Of a DNA stretch of 64,000 bases, positions 27,830 to 40,779 are shown in pieces. The notes below the pieces were generated by a model. The model did no database searches, had not been told where the DNA came from, and worked only from the letters and a program-made list of their open reading frames with translations. Within the stretch, counting starts at the first letter, position 1. Each line of letters starts with the position of its first letter. Source of the DNA: Lama glama (taxonomy: Eukaryota); NCBI GenBank assembly GCA_028534125.1, contig CM052817.1, positions 104,596,001 through 104,660,000 of the forward strand. Direction: 5' to 3'. The position numbers and the translations under genes are program-made.

Positions 27830-28245
27830 TTGGTTTTCTATTGTTGTTGCAACACATTCCCAAAGACATGGTGGATTAAAACAATAGAAATGTATAATTC
27901 TTGAGGTTGTAGGTCTAAAATGGACTGGCAAGGCTATGTTTCTTCTGTGAGCCTACAGGAAGCCATGCCATGACCCTTTTCCAGCTTCTACAGGCTGCCT
28001 GCATCCTTGCTAGGTGGCCCCATTTCCCTCTGACCTCTGCATCTGTCATCATACCTCCTTCCATAGCTCTGACCCCTCTGTCTCCCTCTCACAGGATCTG
28101 ATCATGACACTGGGCCCACCTGGATCACTCAGGATCATCCCATTTCAATGTCCTTAACACAATCATTTTACAGGGTCCTTCTGTCCATGGAAGATCACTT
28201 TTTCATGGGCCTCAGGAATAAGACAGAGACAACTTTGGAGACCCC
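27830..28245 (-). mobile_element. MaLR LTR (MLT1-type)
   Basis: ggattaaaacaatagaaatgtat...ccagcttctacaggctgcc...tgggcccacctggat motifs. Confidence 0.75.
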
Positions 28246-28599
28246 TTCACCATATCTCTCAGTAAACCTTTACAGTTGTTTTCATTCAGGTCTTCTCCGT
28301 TTCTGATGTTCTTTATTTCTAATTATGTTCTCTTTTTGTGGTTGTTGCTGACTATCGTTTATCCTTAGATTCTCGTCTAACTTGGGTTCACTTGGTAGCT
28401 GGGACAAAGATGACTTTCTTCAATGACAGGACTCTCTAAAGGCCCTCCATTAAATGCAAGCAGTGAGCTGTCTGCACTGAAGTTTCCTCAAATCCAAAGA
28501 AATATTTTTTGCAAATTTCTGTCACATCTATCATTCTATCTTCATATTTCTCTGTCAGCATTACTTATTTCCTCTGGCTCGAAGCTCTATCTCTCTTGC

Positions 28600-29370
28600 C
28601 CTTAAAATGCTATTCTCACTTGGTGTCCCTACTTCACTAAAAGCTCCCTCTCAGTCTCTTTTTTCAATTTATCACATTCCCCTTGACACAAGTATGTACA
28701 GTTCCTACATTTCTATTCTCCTCTAGATGTATTCATTCAATATCTGGTCATCTCCAGTCTCATGGCTTTATACCATCTATGAGCAGAAAGTCCTAAATGT
28801 CTGTATCCAGCTCCAATCCTCCCTTTCATTTCAGACTTGAAAATTCAGTTGCTTTTTTGACATCTTTATATAAATGTCAAGTTGGCATTTCAAACTTATA
28901 CATCCAAGGTGACACTTTGGAATTTCTATCCAACATTCCCACCAAAGAATCCTGCCTCCTCCTTGGTCCTCTCCATTCCAGTAGATGCCACTGTCTTTCA
29001 CCCAGCTAATCGTGGACACACACACACACATTCACACACAAACACTTATTCATACACACAAACACACACATGCACACAGACTTGGGGACATACTTGATTC
29101 CTCCTCTTCTCTTACATCCTCATCCAATTCAACATCAAATACAGATAGCTCTACTTTGAAAAATACTCAGCGTTTCACCACTTTTCATCACCTCCAGTAT
29201 TGCCATTCTAGTCCACCATTATCAACAAATTGGATCATTGGAATAGCTTCTTTTTGCTTCATTCTTACAACATCCAGAGTCTTTCCCAAATGTTTAACAG
29301 GTTATATCACTTCTCTGTTCAAAACCCACTGGCTTCTAATCTTACTCAGGCTAAAAATTCCACTCTTTGG
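28600..29370 (+). mobile_element. L2 LINE fragment with CA-rich insert
   Basis: L2 motifs: ctcatggctttataccatctatg, ttgattcctcctcttctc, atcacttctctgttcaaaacc. Confidence 0.7.
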
Positions 29371-29907
29371 TCTTGGAGTATATTTGGTATATTGACTCTA
29401 AGAGGTTGAACAGCCACCACTTGAGATGATTACTGGTGGTAATCCCAGTGGTGTTCTTGGAAAGGAATATTTTCTAGAGAGTGAAAAGAGTATTTCAAGA
29501 AGAGCCTTAGGAAGTACTTGAATGATGTCAGGCAGTAGAAATGATAGACAAATCAGGGAAGCTATTAGGAATTTCCACTTGGGTTGTGACCAATGATGCC
29601 AAGAAGTGAAACACGGTAGGAGAAGATTTCAAATTGAACTCAGGTGTCAGTTTAGACCAAAGCTCCACAGATTTGGACTTAGGCTGAGAATCAGGCGAGG
29701 CTATTTGTATGTTAAGGGGAAGCCCTGGGAACCAGCATATTCATGGCAGTTGGACCAAAGAGAATCCAAGAGAGAAAGTGAAAATCAAGGGGACATAATT
29801 GGTGCCACCTGGTTCAGAATCTACTGATTCTCTAAGTAATGCCAACTGCTGGAAGTTCTGAGTTTCATTTTATTTAAAAGGATTATTTCACTTCTAAAAT
29901 CAACTCT

Positions 29908-30000
29908 TTTTTTTTTTTTAATGGAGCTACTGGGGATTGAACCCAAGACTTGGGGCATTGTAAGCACATGCTCTACCACTGAGCTATTATCCTCCCCCCG
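29908..30000 (-). mobile_element. tRNA-derived SINE (Vic-1-like), possible TSD caactct
   Basis: PolyT then tactggggattgaacccaagac...ctctaccactgagctat; caactct at 29901 and 30013. Confidence 0.9.
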
Positions 30001-30734
30001 CCAAAAAAAACCCAACTCTACTTATTTATTTTTCTTGAATGCTTGTCATAACTGTGACCCTTTAAAACTCTTCCTTCATTACAATTTTTCAGTGCAATTT
30101 CTTTTTTTAGAACTAATTTTGTGAAATCTCCAATAAGTAGGAGAAAAAAGGAGAGCAGGATTTCTTCCAGTTCAGTGTTTTTCAAGGTAGCTATGTAACT
30201 TCAGTCCTTTAGGAGGCCATGATGTTCTTTCCCATGTGCAAGTGGATATTTTGGTCACTTCACAGGCTTTTAAGCCATTAGTACATTAGGGCAGTTCAAT
30301 TTCTCATGACTCACATTCACAATTACTGTGAATATCTTTAACCCTGTCTCCTACACAGTAAGTTTCCCAGGGAAAAGTCTTTTTGCTGGAATCTGATATG
30401 GTTACATTTAAATATTCCATAACACTACGTTCATGGACAGATATCATTGCATTTGTACCCTTTTAAGACCCATCTTAATTATAACCTTAAAATAAAGGTA
30501 GTATAGAGAAGCACACAGAAAAATTATCTGTACAATGATGCCTTAGGTCTATAAAGCATTTTCCTGATGAACAAATCATTTTTACCTACATTCAGAAGAA
30601 CGCTATCAGCTAGACCCAAACCTGTTTAGGGAGATGATATAAGAACGAACAATGTCTAGTAGCTAACTAATAAGTAAGTGTCAGCAGTGGGACTGGATTC
30701 CAGACCTTTTAAATTAATTAATTAATTAATTTAC

Positions 30735-31010
30735 TATTTTAAAAAAATTTGTTGAAGTGTAGTTGACTTGCAATGTTAGTTTCAAGTATACAGCAAAGTG
30801 ATTCAGTTATACATGCATGTAAATATATATATTTCCTTTTCAGGTTATTTTTCTATTATATGTTATTACAAGGAATTGAATATAGTTCCCTGTGCTCTAC
30901 AGTAGGTCCTTATTGTTTATCTCTTTTGTATACAGTAATGTGTATCTGTTAATCCCCAACCCCTAGTTTATCCCTCCCTACCTTTGCTGTTTTGGGAACC
31001 ATAGTTTGCA
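30735..31010 (-). mobile_element. L1 3' end
   Basis: ttgaagtgtagttgac...tgaatatagttccctgtgct...aaccatagtttg. Confidence 0.85.
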
Positions 31011-31802
31011 TTCTTAATTCATTCTTCTTTATATTTTGTGATACAGTGGCCACTAAATGGCTAGCCAGAAAAATCCATGAGACGATATAATTTAGGATAC
31101 ACACTCTATTACATTGTAACTATTATGGCAGCCACATTTTCCCCCAATGGAGATTCCTTTTCAATTCAAACTTAATCAGACAATTATTCTTTATGCCAAA
31201 CTGTGACATAACAGAAGGGAAAATACAGTGTTTTCTCATGGCAGCAGCACAGAAAGGACAGAGAACCCTGGGGCATCTGCCAAAGGACAGAAAGCACTCG
31301 AAAGAGAGGAAACCAGCCAGGCAGAGCCGCTTGCAAATAGAGAGCTCACATCTAAGTCCGGCCACGGGTATTTATCTGCAGAGCACAGTGAAGATGCAAG
31401 CGTCCCAGACGGTACAGCAGGTAACGGCTGCCCTTTACATGAACCTGGAGTAGTTGCGGGAGTAGAAACCAGTCATTTCCTACAGTGACTTAAATAAGCT
31501 TTCTCCTAAAAGTAAATGGCATTCAAGCAGGGACAGGTGTGGGAGAAGAACCATGGAAAACACACACAAGAGTCAGCGGGGCTCAGCAACAGAAGAAGAG
31601 AAGATAGGTACCAGACAGAACCAGAAGCGGTTATCACAACCTCACGCAGTTAAGGGTTTTCTCAGATTCCTAGGGAACTGGGTATCAGCGTCTCATCGTC
31701 ATCGTATGTATTTTGAAGTGATTTCTATATGCGGACCAATCACGTGTTCTCCATTGAAAAGAGATGTCTGCAGAGGATGCCCTCTCCCTTTGGTGCTGCG
31801 TG

Positions 31803-31830
31803 TGCAGGCTGTCACCTCTAGGGGGCGCCA
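31803..31830 (+). promoter_or_regulatory. CTCF-binding motif with upstream TGCAG extension
   Basis: tgcaggctgtcaCCTCTAGGGGGCGCCA closely matches the CTCF core CCASYAGRKGGCRS. Confidence 0.7.
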
Positions 31831-33944
31831 CTCACACAGACTGTGCTGAGCCTCAGCTGTGAGTGCACTTGCTTCACTGCTGCTCTTGTACATGCAAGAC
31901 TTACCTCTATCCTCAGCTCATACTCGCTTTACATGTGTGTGCTGCATGGACCATTTTATCCTTGTTCCAGCCCAGTTTTCTCACTTTCGCTACTTGATAC
32001 AATATCGTCTCCCACCTCAGCCAAGCTCCGCTATTTTATGCAATTCTATTGCCTTCAAAGCACTGCCCGCTATCTGAAATTATCCTGTTCATGCATTTAT
32101 GGTTATTTTCATTTTCCTACTCCATGGGTGCACCGTTCATCTACACACTTCATTTGCACACTTATTCTATGAATAAGCCACGATTATGGAAAAGTGTTTG
32201 GTATTTACTAGTCCTCAGTAAACATATGTTGGATAAAATAAATAAATACAATATTCCCCTAATGTTCCAAAAATTAAATGAGATAATGAAAGAAATCTAT
32301 CAGTCACCCAGTGTCAGGAACTAAATAAGCAATTGTTTGTTTATTTATTCATTTATTTATCTATGTCAGTATTTTACAAATCTATTTATTTATTTCTATG
32401 TTTCAATATTCTAACTGCTTCTTTACCTACAGGCTCAACTTCTGTGCCCTCTTTGGCTTCATCAAGCTTGCCTGGAAAAATTCCAGCACTGGTTAAATCC
32501 AGTTTTCCCCGCATTGCCTGCTGCACCCACATGTCTGAGCACTGCTGGAGAGAGAATCACACCTCAGTGCTGCCTGGTCTTTCTTTAAATTCATGACTTA
32601 GACTCAAGACAGGCCCTGGACCTGCCCAGCAATCCAAGTATATTTCCTGGTTTATTTTCTCTCTCTCCCACTTTTCCTAAATGGTTTTTAAATTTCTTCT
32701 TCTCTCTCCTGAAACCACCACCACCTCTCCCCTCTTCTGCCTCTCCGTCAAAAACCTTATTCTGTTAAGAAAAATCATTCCATCATCATGCCAGTTTGCT
32801 GTGATTTCTCTCCCCTGTGAAAACAAACCTTCCGATTCCATGTACTTCTTCAGTCACACCTGGTTCCTCACCAGACTTTAGACCAAAGCTTCTTACTGAG
32901 AGTGTTTACGCTGGCTGTCCCAATTCTTCCCTTAGAATTAACTGAGCGGTGCAGGGGTTGGTAATTCTGCTGGCCTCTGAGGTCTTGGAAAAGTCCCGCA
33001 GCCGTCAGTGCTGATGACCGTCGCTTGTTTCAGCATGCTAGCTGACCTTCCGCGGACGCTGTCCTAAGGCAGCAAGGCAGAATGGAAGACGCGCCACTGC
33101 ACAGAACATTCCACCAACACCCCCTGTATAGGGAACACATTGACAGCAAGACAGCAAAGATAACCCCTAGCCACGCCCACAGCGTAGCCCATCGCTATCT
33201 CTAACAATAGGCTTTGGCCACGTTTCTAAAATAGTCTAGAATGTCAACTCTTCGCTTTCTTTCTTTTAGGAGGTAAAGGAGAAGTCAGTCAGTTATTCCT
33301 ATAGCTGTAATGAAGAGCATCCCATTAGGATTTCTGTTCTATCAGGGTTGCTGACATTTTAGTGTTTTCTACAAAGAATAAGCTGTTCTGTATCTTTCCA
33401 CTTAGACAAATACAACAGCAGCAAAGAGTCTACCACAACAACTAATATTTGAACTTTTGTCTCAAAGGGAGTGTCATTCTCCTTTATTGTTTGTGGGTTA
33501 GGGGACCTAAAGCTAGAACTGATTTTGGACTGAAGACTTGTTGGTAACTGTTTTGTATCTGGGAGCTAGCTGCCCTGGATCTTCAGGGCTCAGGGTCTCC
33601 ATGTACCATTTCTCTTCAACCGGAAAATGGAGGAATGAAAGTACAAAGAAATCAGACAAGCCAAACTAAAAGCAAGATGAAGGCCTGGAAAATTCCAGGG
33701 GAGCATGACAGAGGATGAGGCAATGAGCGGAAGTGATTGAGCAGCAGAAAAGCCACTGAGGACAAATACACTCGTGGCCTCAAAGGGCAAGTAAATATTC
33801 GATAACAATCAGTTATGAGACATCTTTGGGGGAAAATTCCTGCTCCTTTCTTCCCCATCTCTCTGTATCTGAAGGCTTCCCCTCTTTCTGATTATGTTGT
33901 TTTATTTCTTTAGATTTAATGATTTAACATCTTATTCTCAATGT

Positions 33945-34262
33945 TCTATTATATTATATAATAGAATTATATAATAAATTTTATATTATATGAATTACAT
34001 GTTTATATAACATAAATTATATACTTATATATAAATTTTATAGTTAAAGTTACATAATTCATATATTTATATATAATATATATATTATATATAAATAAAT
34101 AAAATTTATATTTTATATAAATTGTAAATAATTATCATATAATTTTAATTATAGAAGTAATATAATAAATTATATGATACATTATATAATACAATAGAAT
34201 ATATATGTATCTATATATAGATATAGATATATAGATACATATGTGTATATATACATACATGT
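33945..34262. repeat. AT-rich low-complexity / (TA)n-derived tract
   Basis: About 300 bp that is nearly all A/T, with TATA-like units. Confidence 0.9.
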
Positions 34263-34269
34263 ATCTCCA

Positions 34270-35140
34270 CTTTAAATAGACTTTACATTAGATTTTCAGC
34301 AAAACTAAGCAGCAGGTTCTGGGATTTCCCATGTGCCCCTTGCCCCCCCCCCCACAGCACCCACCCCCATTATCAGTATCCCCCACCAGAGTGGTACCTT
34401 TGTTATAAGTGAGGACCTTTCATTGACATTTCATTATCACCCAAAGTTCATAGCTTACATGAAGGCTCAGCCTTGGTGGTGTGTATTCTGTGGGTTTTGA
34501 CAAATGTATAAAGACGTATATTCACTATGATAGGATCATACAGAATAGTTTCACTGCCCTGAATGTCCTCTGTGCTCTGTCTCTCCCACCCCTGGCAACC
34601 ATTGATCTTTTTACTGTCTCCACGTCTCACCTTTTTCAGAATCTCCTATAGCTGGAACCAATACATACAGTACTGAGTCTTTTCAGATTGACCTCTTTCA
34701 CTTAGAGATGTGCATTTAAAGTTCCTCCATACCTTTTCATGACTTGATAGCTCATTTGCTTTAATGTGAAGTGAGATTTCATTGTCTGGTTGTAGCACAG
34801 TGTACTTATCCATTTACTGGCTGAAGGACGTCTTGGTTACTTTCAAATTTTGGCAGTTATGGAGTAAAGCTGCTAGAAACATCTATGTGTGTGTGGACAG
34901 AAGTTTTCAGCTCATTTGATTAATATCGAGGACTGTGATCATCAGGTCATTTGTAAGAATACGCTTAGTTTTGTGAGAACCTGCCAAACTACTCCAAAGT
35001 GGCTGTAGCCTTATGCAGCCCCGCCAGCAGTAAGTGTGAGTTTCTGTTGCTCTGCACGACTGCCGGCATTTGTTGTTGTTACTCCTCAGGGTTTTAGCCG
35101 TGCTAATAAGTGTGTGTGGTTCCCTCGCTATAGCTGTGTG
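34270..35140 (-). mobile_element. Old L1 3' end (L1MB/L1MC-like)
   Basis: cccccaccagagtggtacctttgtta...ttgacatttcattatcacccaaagttcatag...ccaaagtggctgta motifs. Confidence 0.85.
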
Positions 35141-35944
35141 ATTTAATACACCGGTATTCCGCAATTACCTCTTGGGAACAGAAAAATGGTTAACTGCTCA
35201 GGTTTGGTCTCTCTTGCACTCTTTTTGTCCTTCTCTAGCTGGGCCTTCTATCCCTCCAGATAAAACTCTCACAGCCCACTAAATAAATTAATGAATAAAT
35301 AAATAAGTAAGTAAATGGAAGCCTACTCTGATCCTAGCATCCGGCCCAGGATGTAAAATGTATCATCTGTAGTTAAGGATGCTGTGGACCCCATGCATGT
35401 GTCCTCTGATTAGATTTAGCAACATCTCTGAAGTGGCTTCATATGTCAAATTTTCTCTTTTATTTCTTGCGGCAAAAGGTGAAATAGACTTTAAGGTCTC
35501 TCATAATAATTGCTTTTTAATCCATTTTAAAACAAAGAGTAGCAATTTGTTGGTGCTGAAATTCTTTTTACGTGTAAGTGCCTCTGAGAGAGGTAAGTTG
35601 TGTTATCAACTAATTTAAAAACAGCAACTTATTACTTACATAATGCCTGTTCAATCAGGAAAAATAAAGACTGGCACATAATATACGTATGTATAAATAC
35701 ATATTGCTTAAGATGTATATTCTAATCTCAGCAAATAGTGACCATCATTGGCCTTGGATACATATTCTTCCAGTTATCACTGCTTTGCTTTGCATTTATA
35801 TGCAGATTTTTTTTATTACTCCCAAAAGAATCATACTCTGTTTTGGTGGCTTGCTCTGTTCACGCAATGCTGGAAGAAAATCTCACCATTAACAATATTC
35901 TTTTATTGTCTACATACTTCTCCAGTGTCTTGATATACCATAAT

Positions 35945-36166
35945 TAATTTTTCAGTTGTTGTAAGAACATTTAACATGAGTTCTACTCTCTTAAAATTTT
36001 TTTCAATATACAATACAGTATTAACTAGAGGCACACCATTGTGCAGTGATCCCTAGAACTTACCCATCTTGCGTAAGTTAAACTTCACACCTGTTGAATA
36101 GTAACTCCCTATTTTTCCCTCCCCCCAGTCCCTGACAAGCACCATTTCATTCTCTTCCTCTTTTCT
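35945..36166 (-). mobile_element. L1 3' end truncated by the gap
   Basis: aagaacatttaacatgag...caatacagtattaacta...ctagaacttacccatcttgc. Confidence 0.8.
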
Positions 36167-36666
36167 NNNNNNNNNNNNNNNNNNNNNNNNNNNNNNNNNN
36201 NNNNNNNNNNNNNNNNNNNNNNNNNNNNNNNNNNNNNNNNNNNNNNNNNNNNNNNNNNNNNNNNNNNNNNNNNNNNNNNNNNNNNNNNNNNNNNNNNNNN
36301 NNNNNNNNNNNNNNNNNNNNNNNNNNNNNNNNNNNNNNNNNNNNNNNNNNNNNNNNNNNNNNNNNNNNNNNNNNNNNNNNNNNNNNNNNNNNNNNNNNNN
36401 NNNNNNNNNNNNNNNNNNNNNNNNNNNNNNNNNNNNNNNNNNNNNNNNNNNNNNNNNNNNNNNNNNNNNNNNNNNNNNNNNNNNNNNNNNNNNNNNNNNN
36501 NNNNNNNNNNNNNNNNNNNNNNNNNNNNNNNNNNNNNNNNNNNNNNNNNNNNNNNNNNNNNNNNNNNNNNNNNNNNNNNNNNNNNNNNNNNNNNNNNNNN
36601 NNNNNNNNNNNNNNNNNNNNNNNNNNNNNNNNNNNNNNNNNNNNNNNNNNNNNNNNNNNNNNNNNN
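36167..36666. other. Assembly gap, exactly 500 N (placeholder)
   Basis: Run of N flanked by a truncated L1 on the left and a truncated Tigger1 on the right. Confidence 0.99.
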
Positions 36667-38859
36667 TCACACTTCGGTAATGCTCTCAGTATTTCAAATT
36701 GTTCACTATTATTTTATTTGTTATGGTGCTCTGTGATCAGTGACCTTTGATGTACTATTGTAATTGCTTTGGGGGCACCACGGACTGCACCCACATGGGC
36801 AACTTAATCCATATACGTCATGCATCCTTACTGCTCCGTTGACCTGCCATTCCCCATCTCTCTTCCTGTCCTCAGGCCTCCCTATTCCCTGAGACACAAC
36901 AATATTGAAATTAAGCCAATTAATAACCCTACAGTGGCCTCTAAGAGTTCAAGTGAAAGGAAGAGACACACATCTCTCACTTTAATTCAAAAGCTAAAAA
37001 TGATTAAGCTTAGGAGGGCACGTTGGAAGTGAGACAGGCCAAAAGCTAGGGCTCTTGAACCAAACAGTTGAAGCTGTGAACGCAAAGGAAACATTCTTGA
37101 AGGAAACTGAAAATGCTATTCCAGTGAACACACAGTGATAGGAAAGCAAACAGCCTTTTCACTGAGATGGAGAAAGTGTGAGTGGGCTGGGTAGAAGATC
37201 CAACCAGTCGCAGCATTCCCTTAAGCCAAAGCCTAACTGAGAGCGAGGCCCCAACTCCCTTCCATTCTATGAAGGCAGAGAGAGCTGAGGAAGCTGCAGA
37301 AGAGAAGTCTGAAGCTGGCAGAGGTTGGTTCATGAGGTTCAAGGTAAGAAGCCATCTTCATGATGTGAATATGCAAGGCAAGGCAGCCAGTGGTGATACA
37401 GAAGCTGCAAGTTATCCAGGAGATCTAGCTAATTCATGAAGGTAGCTACGCTCAACAAGATTTTCAGTGTAAGCAAAACAATCTTCCACTGGAAGAAGAT
37501 GTGCTCTAGGACTTTCATAGCTGGAGAGGAGAAGTCAATGCCTGGCTTCCAAGCTTTAAAGGACGGGCTGACCCTCTTGTAGGGCCTAATGCAGCTGGTG
37601 ACTTTAAGTTGAGCCAGTGCTCATTTACCACCTGAAAACCCTAGGGTCCATCAGAATGATGCTAAATTTACCCTGCTTAGGCTCTGACCATGGAATACCA
37701 AAGCCTAGATGACAGACAGCACAGTTTACTAAATGTTTTAGGCCCACTATGGAGATCTATTGTTTAGGAAAAAAATAAAAGATTACTTTCAAAATATGAT
37801 TGCTCACTGACAATGCACTTGGTCACTCAAGAGCTCTGACGGAGACGTAGATTACCGTTATGTCCTTGTCTGCTAACACAACATCCATTCTGCAGCCCGT
37901 GAAAGAAGGAGTGATTTTGATTTTCAAGTCTTATTCCACATTTCATAAGCTGAAGCTGTCGTAGATAGTGATTCCTTGGATGGATCTGGGCAAAGTCAAT
38001 TGAAAATCTTCTGGAAAGGATTCCCCATTCTAGATGCCATTAAGAACATTTGTGATTCATGAGACGAAGTCAAAATATCAACATGAATGAGAGTTTAGAA
38101 GAAGTTGATTTCAACCCACATGGAGACACTGAGGGGTTCAAGACTTTGGTGATGGAAATCACTGAAGATGTGGTGGAAATAGCAAAAGAACTTGAATTAG
38201 AAGTGGAGCCCAAAGATGTGACTGAATTGCTGCCATCTCATGATAAAACTTTAATGGATGAGGAGTTGTTTCTTATGGAAGAGCAAAGAAAGTGGTTTCC
38301 TGAGATAGACTCTACTCTTGGTGACGATGCTGTGAAGACTGTGAAATGACATCAGAGGATTTAGAATATTCCATCAACTTAGTTGATAAAATAGCATCAG
38401 GGGCTGCAAGCCTCCAATTTTGAAAAAGTTTCTAAATGTGGGTAAAATGCTATCAAACAGCATTGCATGCTACAGAGAAATCATTCCTGAAAGGAAGAGT
38501 CAATCAATGTAGCAAACTTCATTGTTGTCTTATTGTAAGAAATTGCTTTAGCTGCCCAGCTTACAGCAATCACCACCCTCATCAGTTAGCAGCCACCAAC
38601 ACCAAGGCAAGACCCTCTACCAGCAAAAAGATTACCCTCGCTGAGGGCTCAGATGATGGTTAGCATTTTTTAGCAACAAAGTGTTTTAACATTAAGGTGT
38701 GTACATTGTTTTCTTTAGACATAAATGCTATTGCACACTTAACCGACCACAGTCTAGAGTAAACAGACTTTTATATGCACTGGGAAACCCAAAATTTACG
38801 TGACTCACTTTATTGCGATGGTCTGGAACTGAACATGCAATATCTCTGAGGTCTGCCCG
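36667..38859 (+). mobile_element. Near full-length Tigger1 DNA transposon; decayed transposase; 5' end lost in the gap
   Basis: Fragments [13 protein letters not shown] and VVEIAKELELEVEPKDVTELL are typical of Tigger1. 3' TIR caatatctctgaggtctgcccg. Confidence 0.95.
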
Positions 38860-40779
38860 TCAGTATCTTCACCAATAAAGGCTCATACAGCAACATAAAA
38901 CTGAAATAGCAAAAAATATTTACGACATGTCTTTTATTGAAAGGACAAAGAAGTGCATCAGATTGCAGAGTTGGTCGCTAATACTTTTCTATTATGAAAT
39001 ATGCACATAATATATTGAATTCATTAAATTATAAAGACCACTGCCCTGTTAGTAAGCAGATGAAGGAAATGCCATCCTGAGTATTCACTGGATACAGGAA
39101 AAACTGAGGGCAACGAGTCTTTCCTTCCCTAAAAAAAAAAATGCTAATTTATACACAATTTTAAAGGGGTAGCTCCCTTCGTTAATGAATAGCTAAGAAA
39201 GATCAGTGGTCCCTTCCTTTATTCATTCAACGTACATTTATTTAACATCTAATATGCCAAGTGTTGGTCAGGCTCCGATGGAGTAAAGATAACTAACACA
39301 AGGTACCGTGTGAGGAATATTCTAAGAGATTAATTCAAGGTTCCCAGTGAGTAATTACCAACTGCAAGTGCCTGGGAAATTGAAGTCTCTAGGTGGATGA
39401 TGGTGAATGAATGAATGAATGAACAGCATTCTCCTGATGGTCTTGTTTCATGAACTCTGGAATTGTTGCTGAATATCACAAATACTTATTCGGACTTATT
39501 GATAGATTGATATCATTTTCCCCTTATGCTTTTGTCTCACCTAACATTCATTTTATTCATTTAATATTAATTTCTTCATTTTACTTGGACATGACTATAT
39601 AGTTAACCTTTCCCTGCTCTTTCACTAGCCCCACTCTGCCCCATCTACGAACAACACCTAATATCCCATGTTCTGCACTGAAGGAGCAGTCTGTCAGTCT
39701 GCTCAGATGAATGACTTCTTACAACCAAATAATGGATACTGCAAATAAAGGGGGAGTGGTAAGGAGGGAACGCTAACTTGTTTCTTTAAAATTGCCTCCT
39801 TGTAGCCAGCCAACATTTTATACATTAAGAAAATTCTGTCCACTAAGATCCAAGTCTTCTGTTCTCCTAAATCGAAAAGTCTATGGTAGAGGAATAACTT
39901 AAAAATGAAAGAAAAAAAGCAAACGATTTCTTTCCCTAAACTTACCCCTTCACTTCCTTTTTTCCTGAAAAGCACAAAAAGCAAGCCTATAGAGGAAATG
40001 TAAATCTCTTTAATGATTATCTGCTTTTCAACACGTGTTATAATGAACGTTGCACAATTTTAAGCCACCTAAATATTTTATATATAACAAATGTTAAATG
40101 TAAACTTCTCTTCATCTCAGATCATTAGAGAAATTCTGAAATATAGCTAAAGAGAGACTCTTTTAAAAAATGAACTGCTATTTTAGAAGTCTGACACTGA
40201 CTATGTGAAACCTTTGTGGTGCCTAATTACCAGATTTTGATCTTCTTTTTTAGATCTAGTTTTAACCCCCACCCCCACCCATCAGAATTCCCAGGCTGAA
40301 ACATCAAACTTTAATCCTCTGATTAAAAAGTGAAAAAAAAAAAGTTATTGGTCGAATTGTGGAGAGTCTTTAAAAAGACTGTAAAGACATTGTAATTTTT
40401 TCATATTAAAATGTTTTATAAAAATTGATCTATATGTGACACCAAGACAAATGAAATCCTGTAAATAGACTTTAAATATGTTAAGTAGAGAGCTGTTGAA
40501 AAGAATAATGGAAGAAACTACTGCATGAACTCAAAGGATACTGCAAGACTGAGCTTGTATATTGAAACCAGGTCTCTTTCTCTGTTAGGCTCATTTCCTG
40601 CCTTATGATGATGCTCATCACACAAAAGAATAAAATACAGGTATTTTTTTTTCTCCTCTAACCATGATAAAATAGCAACCACTGCCTCCTTTGCCGTGAG
40701 CCCGGAACAATGGCGAGATTCCACGTTCTCAAGTATTCCCATGATTGATTTTAAAGCCAGAATCTGGCAAAATTGGAAT

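Noticed and set aside
28985..29395. 136-aa ORF with TH repeats
   Set aside because: CA microsatellite inside an L2 remnant.
29930..30000. tRNA genes at 10.2, 29.9 and 59.6 kb
   Set aside because: The tRNA-like heads are followed by SINE tails with A-rich ends and apparent TSDs, so they are SINEs.
35552..35560. REST/RE1 sites (also 42108 and 33058)
   Set aside because: Only isolated half-sites (GGTGCTGAA, TTCAGCACC or GCTGTCC), with no properly spaced partner.
36053..36670. 205-aa ORF of X residues
   Set aside because: Translation of the N gap.
37046..38663. Tigger ORFs as a domesticated TIGD-like gene
   Set aside because: The transposase is broken by multiple stops and frameshifts.
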